Positions 1 through 11,867 of a stretch of 33,785 nt of DNA are shown piece after piece. The stretch is from positions 150,564,629 to 150,598,413 of the forward strand of contig NC_068982.1 in assembly GCF_001194135.2 (NCBI RefSeq), in the 5' to 3' direction. The position numbers and the translations under genes are program-made. The notes beneath the pieces were generated by a model that did not search any database, was not told where the DNA came from, and saw nothing but the letters and a program-made list of their open reading frames with translations. Numbering within the stretch: the stretch's first letter is position 1; each line of letters starts with the position of its first letter. This stretch comes from Octopus bimaculoides. Lineage: Eukaryota.

Positions 1-238
1 ATTTCGAGCGTGGCCGTTGCCAGTATCGCCTGACTGGCCTTCGTGCAGGTGACACGTAAAAGCACCTACTACACTCTCTGAGTGGTTGGCGTTAGGAAGG
101 GCATCCAGCTGTAGAAACTCTGCCAAATTTAGACTGGAGCCTGGTGTTGCCATCCGGTTTCACCAGTCCTCAGTCAAGTCGTCCAACCCATGCTAGCATG
201 GAAAGCGGACGTTAAACGATGATGATGATGATAATGAA
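1..238 (+). mobile_element. SINE/LINE-tail family A, (GAT)n tail, well preserved
   Basis: ggttggcgttaggaagggcatccagctgt...ccaacccatgctagcatggaaagcggacgttaaacgatgatg recurs through the window. Confidence 0.85.
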
Positions 239-297
239 GATCAGTCCATATTTATGGTGATATAAAAATCCATTAATTAGTCTACAAAGAAACTCAC

Positions 298-507
298 AAA
301 ATAAATAATTTTTTCAAGGAAAAGAGATCTATTTTGCAACTGTTGAATCCACTGCATCAAGTCAATGGTGCATGGAGGGGCCGTCTCTCCAATCAGTTTG
401 TTCCAAGTGTGAGGGATTTTATGTTGTAAGATATCTCTGGCTACATTTACAATCTCCTCAGAGAACTTCCTGCCCAAATCCTTTCCTTCAAAGATAGTTT
501 TGACAGC
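298..507 (-). CDS. Dynein heavy chain exon 20 (last in window; gene continues past position 1)
   Basis: ttttgcag| and |gtgagt; 210 nt, phase 0 to 0; AVKTIFEG...KIPHTWNKL...WIQQLQNRSLFL matches AI.G...IP..W.K...W...L..R. Confidence 0.92.
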
Positions 508-680
508 CTGCAAAAATAAAAATAAAAATTTATTCATTCTTTTAGTAATTTCAGTATTTGGATTGTGAAGATCTCTCTGTTTGTTTACTTTATCACTTCT
601 CTTTCTACCCCCACCTCTCTATATATGAGGCAACATCATTAGTGTTTGTTTCATAAAATGAAAAAAAAAAAAATTTATGC

Positions 681-823
681 TCTATAAAGTGGTTGGCACG
701 AGAAAGACATCCAGCTGTAAAAACCATGCCAAAACAGACATTAGAACATGACACAGTTCTTCAACTCATTAGGTCCTGTTGATGTGTCCAACCTATGCTA
801 GCATGGAAATGATTATGATGATG
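681..823 (+). mobile_element. Family A copy, decayed
   Basis: gtggttggc...catccagctgtaaaaaccatgcc...ccaacctatgctagcatggaaa plus (GAT)n. Confidence 0.7.
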
Positions 824-1589
824 ACATAGAATATTATGTGGTATAGAAAATATTTTCAAAAGTAAGAATATAATTCATTTAAATGTACATGCCATTCTCT
901 GTAGTTAATAAACTTATCATTTTCATGACACAGATACAGAAGAATATACAATATTCAAGTTAGTGTTAATATGTTTAATAGAAAAGATAGCATTTCATAA
1001 GTATGCATTCACATAATTAAAAGGTAGTATGTCAGTATTAACATAATTGCTTAAAGAATTAGAAAGCTAATTACAAAATAATTATGTGTGAGGAAAAAAC
1101 AACAAAAAACAATATTATCAATAACTAATATTATTTTCAATGTCTCAGCAAATAAACAACTCTGGACATGTTTCTCTTATATTCTGACCTCATTCACAAA
1201 ACAAAGATGTCATCATACTTACTGATGTAATGTTAGCAGAATTACTAATTAAATGTAGATTGGTTGGCATAGAAAAATAGAATTGTTTAGCGGATAAATA
1301 ATTCAGAAATGCCATCAGTATGAAGAACACTAGTTAAGCTTGTGTTAATATATTTAATGTATGGAGTATTTACAGTAATTAGTTTAGTGGTCACTAGAGG
1401 GAATTGATGACTGTTGGGTTTATCTTTACTTCAATCACTCACAGGTTATAAAATAAATATCAGTAAAATGTTGGAGTTGATTAAAACAACTATACAGTTT
1501 CCTTACAATACTGGCTTTATGTGTAATCAACAATAGTTTATGATTTAAACCAAGAAGATTTTTTATGCTGATTTTATTTTTTGGCTTTA

Positions 1590-1920
1590 TTTAGGAGGAA
1601 TGCGAGCAAAATCAGTGTTCTTGATTGATGTTCAGTTTGAACTTTTAGTGAATGTCTTATATGGAAAGTAGTTCTAAAGAATTTCAGACCATGAGAAAAA
1701 GGGTTGGGTAAAAGTGTTGAGTGCAGGCTTTGATATGGGTATGAAAGAGAGTAGAGATGACAAAAGGAAGACATTTGGTTGTATCAAAGAAGTGTGGGTA
1801 GAAGTGAAGTGTTGCTGATTCAGAAGCTCAGAAGTTATTACGAACCAGCAAAAAAGACAGGGAAAATAAACAATAAATCTGTGAAAACAGTAGTCGTAGT
1901 GTTTTGACCAATGAGCCTGA
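1590..1920 (-). mobile_element. Decayed CR1/L2-like LINE 3-prime fragment
   Basis: Residual LMV*NSL...KFKLNINQ resembles LWNSLP...FK..IN. Confidence 0.35.
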
Positions 1921-2058
1921 GTGAGTGAATGCTTGGATTAACAAAGAATTTAAATCATTATCTATCACCATCATCATCATTGCTGCAACCACTATCATCA
2001 TCATCATCATTATTATTATTATACATGTTTTACTTAATGAGTCAATAAATATTCAAAC

Positions 2059-2175
2059 CTGGACTGATGTCTTTACTTCATTAACTATTTTATGGAGAAG
2101 AAATATTTCTTCCAGAATAAATTTGTTATAGACTGTGGTGCCACCAAGTTTAGACATTCTGCTTAGAAGATATTC
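2059..2175 (-). CDS. Dynein heavy chain exon 19
   Basis: attttcag| and |gtttga; 117 nt, phase 0 to 0; EYLLSRMSKLGGTTVYNKFILEEIFLLHKIVNEVKTSVQ is colinear with DNAH5-type R..KMG...PMNIFLRQEI. Confidence 0.88.
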
Positions 2176-2294
2176 CTGAAAATAAAGAAAAGGTAAAGTT
2201 AGGTGATGTTAAGGGGAGGAGGGGCAGCAGCAGTACCTACATCTTTTCAGGATACTCCCAGTTTGGTGGTGAGGTTATTGAGGTTGATGGACTT

Positions 2295-2576
2295 TTAGAG
2301 ATGGATATTTGTCACAAAATATTGGCAGGAACGGGGTTCCAGAGAATTGTCATTGTTGGGAGTGAGGTTTGAATGACAGTATTTAGTATGGAATTCTGAG
2401 GGTGAGACCCAGTGGAAGAAAGTTGAAAGGATCAGCCAATTTTGGTTAGTGAGATGTGCAGTTTGACAGGTCAGAAAAACATGAACTATAGAAGTACTGA
2501 TAGAAGTGACTGAGAGAGGACATATCACATCAGTGTGTTTGTGAGTGATGTGTGTTGGTGGGTGAAAGTTTATCAA
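2295..2576 (-). mobile_element. Possible Penelope-like RT thumb relic
   Basis: INFHPPTHITHKH...VFL...FHWVSPSEFHTK resembles N.FHP.IKFT.E...FLD...LHW.S.HP.HTK. Confidence 0.35.
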
Positions 2577-2781
2577 AAGTTAGATGACCCATTTAAAAAA
2601 AAATATTGTTCAGAACGTTTTCATATGTAGCCGCTGTTCAACTCCATATATGTGAGCAGCACTTTAATATGGGTGAAGCTTTATATAATTGCATCAGAAA
2701 CTAACTACTCACAAATGAAATAGTTTCTAGCCCTAATGAGAAAGCTTAGTCTTTAAGATACACCTTTAACAATGTGACAGA

Positions 2782-3253
2782 TATGAGAGGTGTTCATTAA
2801 AGATTCCCCTGACCCACTTCTGGTTATTGCAGGAAATGGAACTTGTACAGGTATAATCATGCATGTCTCTACACATCACATTGTAAATTGCAGCTTTCCA
2901 CTAGTATTCGTTTCTCTTTTATGGCTGCTGAAATGGAGGCAGTTGAATGCAGATCTGCATAATGGAGGCAGTTGAATGCAGATCAGTGATCAGGTTCTTA
3001 TACTTGAAAGGTTATACACCAAAAGAGACTTTCGATGAGATGAAAGAAGTTTATGGTGATGATGCACCATCATACAATGTAGTCAATTACTGGCATCGCT
3101 AGTTCAAATGTGGTCAGACATCGGTAGAAACTGCTCCTATTCCTGGATGACCACATTCCGCAATTGTTGATGACACCATCCATAAAGTGGAAGCTGTCAT
3201 TTTGGAGGATTGCCACATAGCTATTCAGCAATTAGCCCAAGAAGTGAAGATAA
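2782..3253 (+). mobile_element. Mariner (Tc1/mariner) 5-prime relic with pseudogenised transposase N-terminus
   Basis: TA-led TIR-like start at 2782; frame from ATG 2962 reads MEAVECRSVIRFLYLKGYTPKETFDEMKEVYGDDAPSYNVVNYWHR*FKCGQTSVE..PG*P...IQQLAQEVKI (mariner HTH region) with two stops. Confidence 0.85.
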
Positions 3254-3536
3254 AAAATTTGTTTCTTAACTAGCACTATCATGTTATCAAAGATTGAACT
3301 TTTGAATTCACTTGTGCCAATACTTATGATATTTAAACAGTCAATTTCATGTCAAGCCTTCCCTAACCACTGTTTGTGCGTTTAGTGAGGAAGAAAAATG
3401 GTTTTCTGTTTTTGTAGGTGACAGGTATCAAATATCTCAGCTGCAGAAATAAAAACTATTTTGTGAATTCCCTGCACAAAGATAATTTTAGTTTTCTGAT
3501 CAACAAAAATATCCAAAGTTTGGTGATAGAACTTAC

Positions 3537-3667
3537 CTTTGAAAGGTTTCTGGGTAGTTTGGTTATCAATGTCACACATAACTGCCACATTTCAATACAG
3601 GATCTCCAGTTTTGAATTTGCTGTTCTGGACAATATTTTATCACCTGTGGTACTGAAGTTGCTCCAT
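3537..3667 (-). CDS. Dynein heavy chain exon 18
   Basis: ataatcag| and |gtaagt; 131 nt, phase 1 to 0; GATSVPQVIKYC...WQLCVTLITKLPRNLSK. Confidence 0.87.
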
Positions 3668-4056
3668 CTGATTATAAATAGGAATATTTTTAAGCAAGAA
3701 ATATAGAACGAGTTTCTTTTGATTAGTTATAACAGATTTTTATTTTTTTTTATACAGAATAAAAAATAAAATTGTGTTCATACAATTCTCAAACATATTA
3801 TCAATGTAACTGAAAATAATTAGCTTCAGCTAGGGAGCAAAATCATGTCAAAGGTTGAGTGTTGCCAGCAGCTTTTCACGACTCTACAGTATTGGTCACA
3901 GCAATTAAAAGTATTAATGCTTATTTAACAAAGCAGAAATGATGAAGCCTACTATCCAAATATATATTTCATCCGTACAATATTAATATTTCAGTTGGGG
4001 GATATACAGCAAATTATTTTTATTTCTTCATTTATCGTGAAATATAAATTTGGATT

Positions 4057-4305
4057 TCATTGTCATCATCATCCTTTAATGTTCATTTTTCATGCTGGCA
4101 TGGATTGGATGGTTTGACCGGAGATGGCAAGCTGGAGAGCTGCACCAGGTTCCAGTCTGATTTGGCTTGGTTTCTATGGCTGGATGTCCTTCCTAATGCC
4201 AACCACCTTACAGTGTGTGCTGGGTGCTTTAAATGTGCCACCAGCATCAGTGCATTTTACGTGGCACCAGCACAAGTGCTTTTTTGCGTGGCATCAGCAC
4301 AGGAT
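4057..4305 (-). mobile_element. Family A copy
   Basis: Reverse complement of the family A core: ggatgtccttcctaatgccaaccac, catgctggcatgg. Confidence 0.8.
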
Positions 4306-4488
4306 GTATTTACAATACTTTCTCATGGATCATATTAGACGGTTCCATGTAAGAATTTCTTCCTTAGTCACTAATTAATCAATTCAGTAAAGACTATGTT
4401 GATGAAATCTGACTTGTGTCACATCATTAGAGATCACACAAATGCAATCTGATTAGTAACACTAAATTAGAGAACACATCACTGAAAC

Positions 4489-4532
4489 CTAGCTTTACAA
4501 TGTGGAAGGAGAGACTTGCCAAGTTGCTATAT
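4489..4532 (-). CDS. Tentative mini-exon B of dynein gene
   Basis: ccattatttatag| and ag|gtttca; 44 nt, phase 2 to 1; YSNLASLSFHIVKL. Confidence 0.33.
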
Positions 4533-4791
4533 CTATAAATAATGGAAATTCACATCAAACAATAGTTTACTCTCGCAGAAGTCAATAAATGCAGGGAAAA
4601 ATGAAAATATCTGGACTTTGTATAAAATTTGGATGTTTTAAAGTTGCACTAAGAATATACAAACCCAATGTACAGCCTCAAAATGTAAAACTGCACACTA
4701 GGGATCACTTCTTTTTAATATTTTCCATTGGAGACAGCCTGCACAGCGCTCTAGATCCTGTTAAGACTAACACAAAATTACAGTAACATAC

Positions 4792-4843
4792 CCAGAAGTG
4801 GATGAACTTTGATATGAATCAATAATCAGAATGTCTAGTTTTG
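4792..4843 (-). CDS. Tentative mini-exon A of dynein gene
   Basis: atatttacag| and |gtatgt; 52 nt, phase 1 to 2; single open frame KLDILIIDSYQSSSTS; frame-preserving only together with 4489-4532. Confidence 0.4.
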
Positions 4844-5007
4844 CTGTAAATATGAAATAAGAAATGAAAATATCAAAATTATTTTGTTGTTTATAAAACA
4901 GAAGTGGATAATATTTCTGTATTAAATACACACAGGAAATTATAAATCTAGTTAAATTACGGTGTATTAAATTAAACCTAGTGTCATGATTTTAATTTGG
5001 TACATAC

Positions 5008-5119
5008 CAACTGAAGCCATGTGTGAGGTTTGTGACTGTAAATGGAATGTTTTTGGTGGTAGAGTAGTTAGCAACATATCAAGTTGTTTCAGAACATATT
5101 CTTCATTTCTTGGTAATGC
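5008..5119 (-). CDS. Dynein heavy chain exon 17
   Basis: tctttag| and |gtatgt; 112 nt, phase 0 to 1; ALPRNEEYVLKQLDMLLTTLPPKTFHLQSQTSHMASV. Confidence 0.8.
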
Positions 5120-5647
5120 CTAAAGAAAATATGATGCAAGCATTACAAAACATTCTTTCTAAAGATGGTAAACATTTAATAGCAACTTTAAAATTTACAA
5201 CACATCTCAGATCACATCCTACCATTAAAAAAAGAAAAAAGAACTCATTAGATAATACAGTATTAAGTATACTATGGTTGAATACAGTCAACAGTTGGAA
5301 CACCTTTGGTCAAATGTCTCGTGAATCATGACTGCTCTGGAACTTAACAACTATACCATTAACAGGAATGAATAACCATTACAGAGCTTCATAACAACAA
5401 TTGTTGCTGAGTTGAGGATAGTCAACAACAGAAGCACAAATAATAAATTTTTAGATATGCATGACCAGTGAGATGTTTTTAAAAGAAGCTATTTATTTTT
5501 ATATGTCTTACTCTGTAAAACTACAGGCAGAAATCAGTTATATCAACTGCAGTTTAATACTTCAGTGATGTGTTAAATTCATCACTCCAAACCAGTCATT
5601 TGACCAATCATTAGTAATTGAAATATTCAAGAAATAAATAACTGTAC

Positions 5648-5778
5648 CTCTTGATACTTATGTAAGTGGCACATTTGTGGTGAAGTGAGAAATTGGTTTG
5701 GTATTTTGCCCAGTTCTTGCTGAAGGTTTGCCAAATTCCTGGGACTATTATATAAAGCTGTCAGACCTGTGTATTTCA
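5648..5778 (-). CDS. Dynein heavy chain exon 16 (C-terminal domain start)
   Basis: tcctcag| and |gtacag; 131 nt, phase 1 to 0; LQQELGKIPNQFLTSPQMCHLHKYQE matches I..LP..D.PE.FGLH. Confidence 0.85.
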
Positions 5779-5837
5779 CTGAGGATAGAAATAGGTTGAC
5801 AATAAATAGTAGGAGAAATAAAGGAAATGACAGAAGA

Positions 5838-5871
<34 letters not shown>

Positions 5872-6593
5872 CATAGGCAAGTGCATATGAATTTGAGAAA
5901 AGTACTCAATACAAAAAGGAGAGTGATATAATATGTAATTGAAGCTAAAATTTTCCTACAGCTTTGCTTTACTCTCTTAGTTATTCAGGTAGTTAAGGAA
6001 TTAACAAAAAATATACATTTATATATGCATATGATTTAACAGACATTTATATGCATATGATTCAACATACTGTTGATATGTCTGAAAATAGAAGGGAGGG
6101 GGATAGAAAAAAAAATGAGGTCTATAATGATCATATAATATATTAATTAAAAGACAAAGCAAAACTATATCAATTCTTAATGTAAATGAAATATAATATG
6201 AAAGAAAATAAAGAAAAAAAGGAGGTGGAGAGAAAGTATGATCATACACTGATTCAAAGTAAACTTATATGAATGATATGAGTGAGTGGAAAAAAAATGT
6301 AAGAAAAATAAAGAGAAAGTAAGAAAAGAAAAGGAAAGAAACAATAAACAAGTTTTAGAATGATTGTATAACTTGATATAAAAAGTTATATGAATGAAAT
6401 TTGTAAAACATTAAACCTAGACTTAAAAATATGGAAACTCAGTTATAGAAAACTATTGAAGTATAAATGTACAATGATAAGAATTAATTGGAATAACTAT
6501 AGAATTTTCACACATAATTAACAATGGAGTATTGTAATTCTTGAATAGAAATGCCAGTTTATGCCTGCAAAATGAAATGAATTCCAAGTTTCT

Positions 6594-6641
<48 letters not shown>

Positions 6642-7374
6642 CACGCTCATGCATGCATATATGTATATACCTACACAAAGACATATTCACTATGGAATAC
6701 ATTATTCCAAAATACATAATTTGCAGAGATTGGTATGCTGATTACAGACTTTTGCACAATCCCCAATTCCCTGCCAATATCAAAATTTTAATGCTGTAGT
6801 AGTGTTCACCCTTCATATGCGTTAGTAAATCCAATCTTAAAATTATAAAAGTGCAAGAAAATATATATTGCCCATTGATAACATCTAAGAATAAAAAAGT
6901 AGCATTTCTCCTTTTGGTTGAGATAAAATATAGAGATAAAATTATTTATTTCACACCTACTCTACACTAAATTCAATCTTTTACAGAGTGGGTTATACTA
7001 TGATGCTGGTTTATAATCTTACATCACATGAACAACCAACAAACTGATGGAACTTCTTGGGTACTTTACTTACTAACTGTTCTTGTGTATCTGTTTCATA
7101 CACAGTCCTTCTCTGTCAGTCTACATTACTGTTCTTGTTTCTTTGTGCTGGTCAAATGCAGTATCTGTGAAAGGCCTAAGTAAGATTATGCAAATTTGTG
7201 TTTTCTTTACTGGACCTTTTATGTGTTAGTTTTGACATTTGGTGTTAGTTTGACATACTGGGATTGTAAATAGTTTAGAAATAAAGTTTCTAAGTTGACA
7301 TTCAGTCTGGAACTAAGTACACATCCGAGAAAAAGACACCCAATGATGCTTAAATCAAACTGACTGAAAAGTAG

Positions 7375-7470
7375 GATAGATAGATAGATAGATAGATAGA
7401 TGGATGGATGGATGGATGTGTGTGTGTGTGTGTATTTATTTATGTATGTGTGTATGTATAAATATATATA
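7375..7470. repeat. Compound (ATAG)(ATGG)(TG)(TA) microsatellite
   Basis: Direct reading. Confidence 0.95.
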
Positions 7471-7720
7471 TAGTTCAGATTTATAGAAAAACAAAAGATG
7501 AAGACAACAAGCAAGTGTATTAGTTTGACACTTGGGAAAAATGGAAAAGTCTTTTATGTTTCTAGCCTACACCCTTCAACAGAAAGGAATGAGAGGAAAT
7601 AAATAGAGAAAAAAACAAAAAACAAAAAAAAAAAAACATGTAGAGTTTAGCGGTCCAACATAGTGAAATATATGTATGTGTATATATGTGCAAGTGTGTA
7701 TGTGTGTGTGTGTGTATGTA

Positions 7721-7828
7721 AAAATTCATCTTTAAAGACAACATTAATAGTCTGAAAAAACGATAATTTTATCCAAAATTCACCTTTAAAGATAATATTA
7801 AAAGTCTGAAAAAATGATAATTTTATCC
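7721..7828. repeat. 54-bp tandem duplication
   Basis: 7721-7774 and 7775-7828: aaaattca.ctttaaaga.aa.attaa.agtctgaaaaaa.gataattttatcc. Confidence 0.9.
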
Positions 7829-7867
7829 CTTTTTGTTGTTGTTAAATATTAAAAGCAGCCTACTTAC

Positions 7868-7979
7868 ATTTGCTATATTCAAAGTCCTTCTTGAGAGAAT
7901 TCGCTGAGACGAGATATTCAACCATTCCTTTTAAACAGATCTGATCTCTTGTATGTTGTAAATAACGACCAAATATTAT
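7868..7979 (-). CDS. Dynein heavy chain exon 15 (AAA6 end)
   Basis: gctgcag| and |gtaagt; 112 nt, phase 0 to 1; IIFGRYLQHTRDQICLKGMVEYLVS... corresponds to I.YGGRVTD..D...L. Confidence 0.88.
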
Positions 7980-8156
7980 CTGCAGCAGGTATTAAAGACA
8001 GACAATATACATGTGGAATAAAAGATCTCTTATTTGGAAAACAGGTAGAAGATGTTGAATGAAAGGGCAGCCAGTAATAAAATGCAGCCTCAAATAGTCC
8101 TCATCTAACCCATGCTCACATCATGTGTATATATAGTATGTGTATATAGTATATAT

Positions 8157-8347
8157 ATCATCATCATCATCACCATCAGTTAACATCCATGTTCCATCCT
8201 GGCATGGCTGAATGGTTTGACAGGAAATGATGTGCCAAGGGACTGCATTGAGCTCCAATGTCTGCTTTGGCATGACTTTTATGGTTGGATGACCTTCCTA
8301 AAGCCTACCACTTTACAGCATGGACTGAGTGTTTTCTTTTGTGCCAC
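8157..8347 (-). mobile_element. Family A copy, decayed
   Basis: (CAT)n then catcctggcatgg...ggatgaccttcctaaagcctaccactttacag. Confidence 0.7.
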
Positions 8348-8493
8348 TTGAACAGATTGCTATGCAGTCTGCAGCAGGACTATGAGCCATGGGGTAGGTG
8401 ACGAGGGGATTACTATAAAGTGAGGGCTGTAGAGCAGGTTCCTACAGAAGATTCCATTTGGCTACTCACATATAGTACGGAGAGGGAGAGGGT

Positions 8494-8497
<4 letters not shown>

Positions 8498-8572
<75 letters not shown>
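8498..8572. repeat. (AG)n microsatellite
   Basis: Direct reading. Confidence 0.98.
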
Positions 8573-8575
<3 letters not shown>

Positions 8576-9251
8576 TATGTAAGTTGGCATGTATAATGAT
8601 TTAATGGAGCTTTGGGAAGGTAATATGAAATGAAATGCCTAACCGAAAGACTTAGAGAATCATGTACGGCACAAGGATGGTGGTATATAATATCATTTGG
8701 AAGTAGGATGATGTAGTTTTATAGTTAGACCCACAACCAAAAAGAAGCAGAGAATGCTTCATCATGGGTATGACAGATTCACCTGAGAGTAAGATGTAAA
8801 CTTAGAGCAAATTCTCAGCAAATAGTAAAATGGAATAATTTCTATTTGCTTGGAGAACTTACATGGATAACAAGAGTAAAAGCATAAACAGCCTGCTTTA
8901 ATGTGGATCAAAAAATTCTGGACATTCCCTGGTAGCCAAGTGATAATGTCAGAAGGTGTTGAAAATGTGATCACTAATCAAGAACTGATGGAATAAATAT
9001 CCCTCAAACCAAGATGCATGTATAATGTGTGTTTAGAAATGGGCAAAGAATGCCACTAGACAAGTGAAACAACAGTCTAAATAAAAAGTGGTGCGTAAAA
9101 ATGGAATGATGATGGAAACAGAGATAAAGAGATGGTGGTGGTCAAAGTAATGAACATAGTGATCATGTTAGGGGTGATGATATTGCTGAAGGTGTTAATA
9201 GTGAGTTTACTAGGGATGATAATGAGAATAACAATTTATGTTGATAATTAC

Positions 9252-9362
9252 CTCAGAAAAAACATATCTGATTGCAGACAAAGAAATAGGCATCTGTGTA
9301 TCACTGGGAATGGTCAATTTTGAAAATCTTCTGAAGTCAAATCCTGCAAATTTTATCGCTTC
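9252..9362 (-). CDS. Dynein heavy chain exon 14 (AAA6)
   Basis: ttttcag| and |gtaatt; 111 nt, phase 0 to 0; EAIKF...PISLSAIRYVFSE matches V.W..IRY.IGE. Confidence 0.9.
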
Positions 9363-10281
9363 CTGAAAATTAGATTCAAAAGGAAAAAGAGATTTTTTTC
9401 CAAAGATGTTTTCAGAACAAAGATGTATTATTAGAACAAACTGGTTGGATTAGTCAAACTAAACATGACTTTAGCCACTTCCATTTTAACGATCTGAGGT
9501 TGTGTATTCAATAAAGTACTTTACTGTCCAGTAAATATTAAGTTTAAAATATGCAAATATATAGATACATGATGGAAATAGATACTGAGTGATGGCTGAA
9601 AGATGTGTCATATGATGACAGTAGTTATCTATGGCCAACGAAATATGGCAAAAAGTGGTGATGTCATATCTCAGGATGCTAGGATCCACAGGTGTAGGAT
9701 TCAAATGAGAGGCAATTTCCTATAGTGAAGATCCCATCCAATCAATTATAGTAGAGAGAAATGGATGTCAGAATTCATAGTAATGATGATGGTGGAAATA
9801 GTATTAAATAATGTGACACATTATATAAGTAAATCATGTGATCAATTATCCTGCCATTGTACTGTTTCTGCGATTCCATTGTAGTATTATTGTGAATTGG
9901 CAGAATCATTTCAATATCTGTTCAGCACTATATGTTCTGAACCCAAAAGTCCCATTAAGTCAACTTTGCCTTTCAGCTTTCTGGAGTTGGTGGTGGTGTT
10001 GATAAGGTACCACTCAAGTATTGAGGTAAATATAATTAACTTGTAGGTGCAGTTACCTCCCTTGAAAGCAGGTTTAAACAAGCTCATGCTAGATGGCATT
10101 TGAGTGGTGAGATTCTGATATGAGGCCTTGCGACTTAATCTTCTGGTATCTAGACGTCGGAACGCAAGGGCATGGTCTAGTTGGCTCTCTTATGACACGT
10201 GGCGACTAGCAGACATGAGGTAATGCACAGAAGAAGATCATGGCCTCCACGCATCAAACTCCTTCCATTTATCATTCAGCT

Positions 10282-10335
<54 letters not shown>

Positions 10336-10869
10336 AGGCCGACATTAAAGGTATTTAAAGTTATAGCCTTGTTCTATGTATTTTTTTTGTACGGTGTTCC
10401 CATCAAATGATATTAGAGCCTTCTGAAGGAGTCAACCTTTAGATGACTCCACAACCCTGATACAAACAGCATCTAAAAACTAAACAAACCCATCCACCAA
10501 ACTTCTAGCCTTGGTAGAAGCAACAACAACCACCACCACCCTGAAAAATAAACCTTTGGTAAAGAGTACATCAGTAATCTATGGACATTTAAGAGGTTAT
10601 GTATTAGAGGATGTAAGCTCTTCACAGCTTATCTGACTCAAGACTGCTTGTGGGCGCGTTTGAAAATCCCAAATTCCTGTAAAGGATGGGAAGGTAGTTG
10701 GAGCCATGGGGTGCTTTGATTCAACTTAGGTGGTGACTTTTCACCAGGGTATAATTGGCTCTAATTGTTTTATTTGATATTATTATTTGTATGCTTTATA
10801 TAGAATACTCCATTTAAAAAAATAATTTTGTTGTACTAAACTTCACATTTTTTACATCCACTTTGTAAA

Positions 10870-11470
10870 AAATGCCTTGTAAGATTTGCTCTAGCTCTTT
10901 CTGTTCTGACTTCAAATCCTGCTGTGCTTAACTTTGCATTTCATCCCTCTTGGGTTGATAAAATAGAGTATCAGTTAAGTACTGGGGTTGATGGTATTGG
11001 CTAAACCACCACCTCTTAAAAGCTGCTAGTTTTTGTCTAAATTAGAAACAATTATTGTTACTGTTATTATTAGTATCATCATTAGGGTGGTAAGCTTAGC
11101 GGCATTTTGTCCATTTGTATGTTCTGAGTTAAAATTCTGCTGTGGTCCACTTTGCTTTTCATCCTTTCAGGATCAATAAATTAATTACCAATTGAGCACT
11201 GCTGTTGATGTAATCAACTAGTCCCCTCTCCTAAAATTTCAATCCTTGTGCCTATAGTAGAAAGGATTATTAGTATCATCACTTCTATTTCTGGTAAAAA
11301 GAGCAGTAGATGACAAAAACAATAGAACCTCAGATGAAATGTGTTGTAATATTTGATTATATCACTTTATATTTTAAGTTGAAATTCTGCCAGTGTAGCT
11401 TTTGCTTTTCATCCTTCAGTGGAGTGGGGCAATAAGAATAAGTACCTGTCAAAAACTGATCAATTAAATA
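10870..11470 (+). mobile_element. Three stacked copies of SINE family D
   Basis: Shared core ttcaaat.ctgc...actttgc.tttcatcc...gataaa; middle copy 11082-11265 flanked by 16-bp TSD attattagtatcatca. Further decayed copies near 9900, 25740-25880 (-) and 30490-30660. Confidence 0.75.
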
Positions 11471-11556
11471 AAACAAATAACTTCTCATACATTTATGAAA
11501 TTGTGTTGAAGCTAGAATTCATGATCATTTCTAACAAAACAACAGAAAATACTTAC

Positions 11557-11751
11557 TTGCAAGTCTGTGGAGTTAATATTTTCAACATCGTCTGCATTCG
11601 CCCAACCATGAATCATGTTTGTTCGTAAGTGAAAAGTTGTATACAACAGGCAAATATTGTACAGAAGCAATGGCCAATGTGTACTAGAGTTCATGTTTAA
11701 AATATCTGGATTCAACTGAGTGGATGACCACTGTAGGTCGTCTTTGGCATG
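11557..11751 (-). CDS. Dynein heavy chain exon 13 (AAA6)
   Basis: gtttcag| and |gtaagt; 195 nt, phase 0 to 0; HWPLLLYNICLLYTTFHLRTNMIHGWAN...STDLQ corresponds to W..LLY...FLH..V.ER.KFG..GWN.PY.F...D. Confidence 0.9.
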
Positions 11752-11867
11752 CTGAAACAACAATATATATATGTGATGATGATAAACAAACACACAGTTG
11801 CACTTGTACACATAACACTAAAATTAATGAACCAGAACTGTCGATATGACAGATATATAAGAATATA

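Noticed and set aside
1828-2131. Poly-M/poly-I and other CV/HT/ER-repeat ORFs in the track
   Set aside because: Translations of microsatellites
3368-3440. Acceptor-led segment LRYLIPVTYKNRKPFF
   Set aside because: Ends in the wrong phase and breaks the exact colinearity of KLPRNLSK-EYLLSRMSK with DNAH5-type sequence
7219-7494. 91-aa minus ORF as an exon
   Set aside because: Starts in a microsatellite; exons 7868-7979 and 5648-5778 join in phase without it
8762-8974. 70-aa minus ORF with donor-like sites as a dynein exon
   Set aside because: Exon 9252-9362 (IRYVFSE) joins IIFG directly and matches the family motif; no room or need for it
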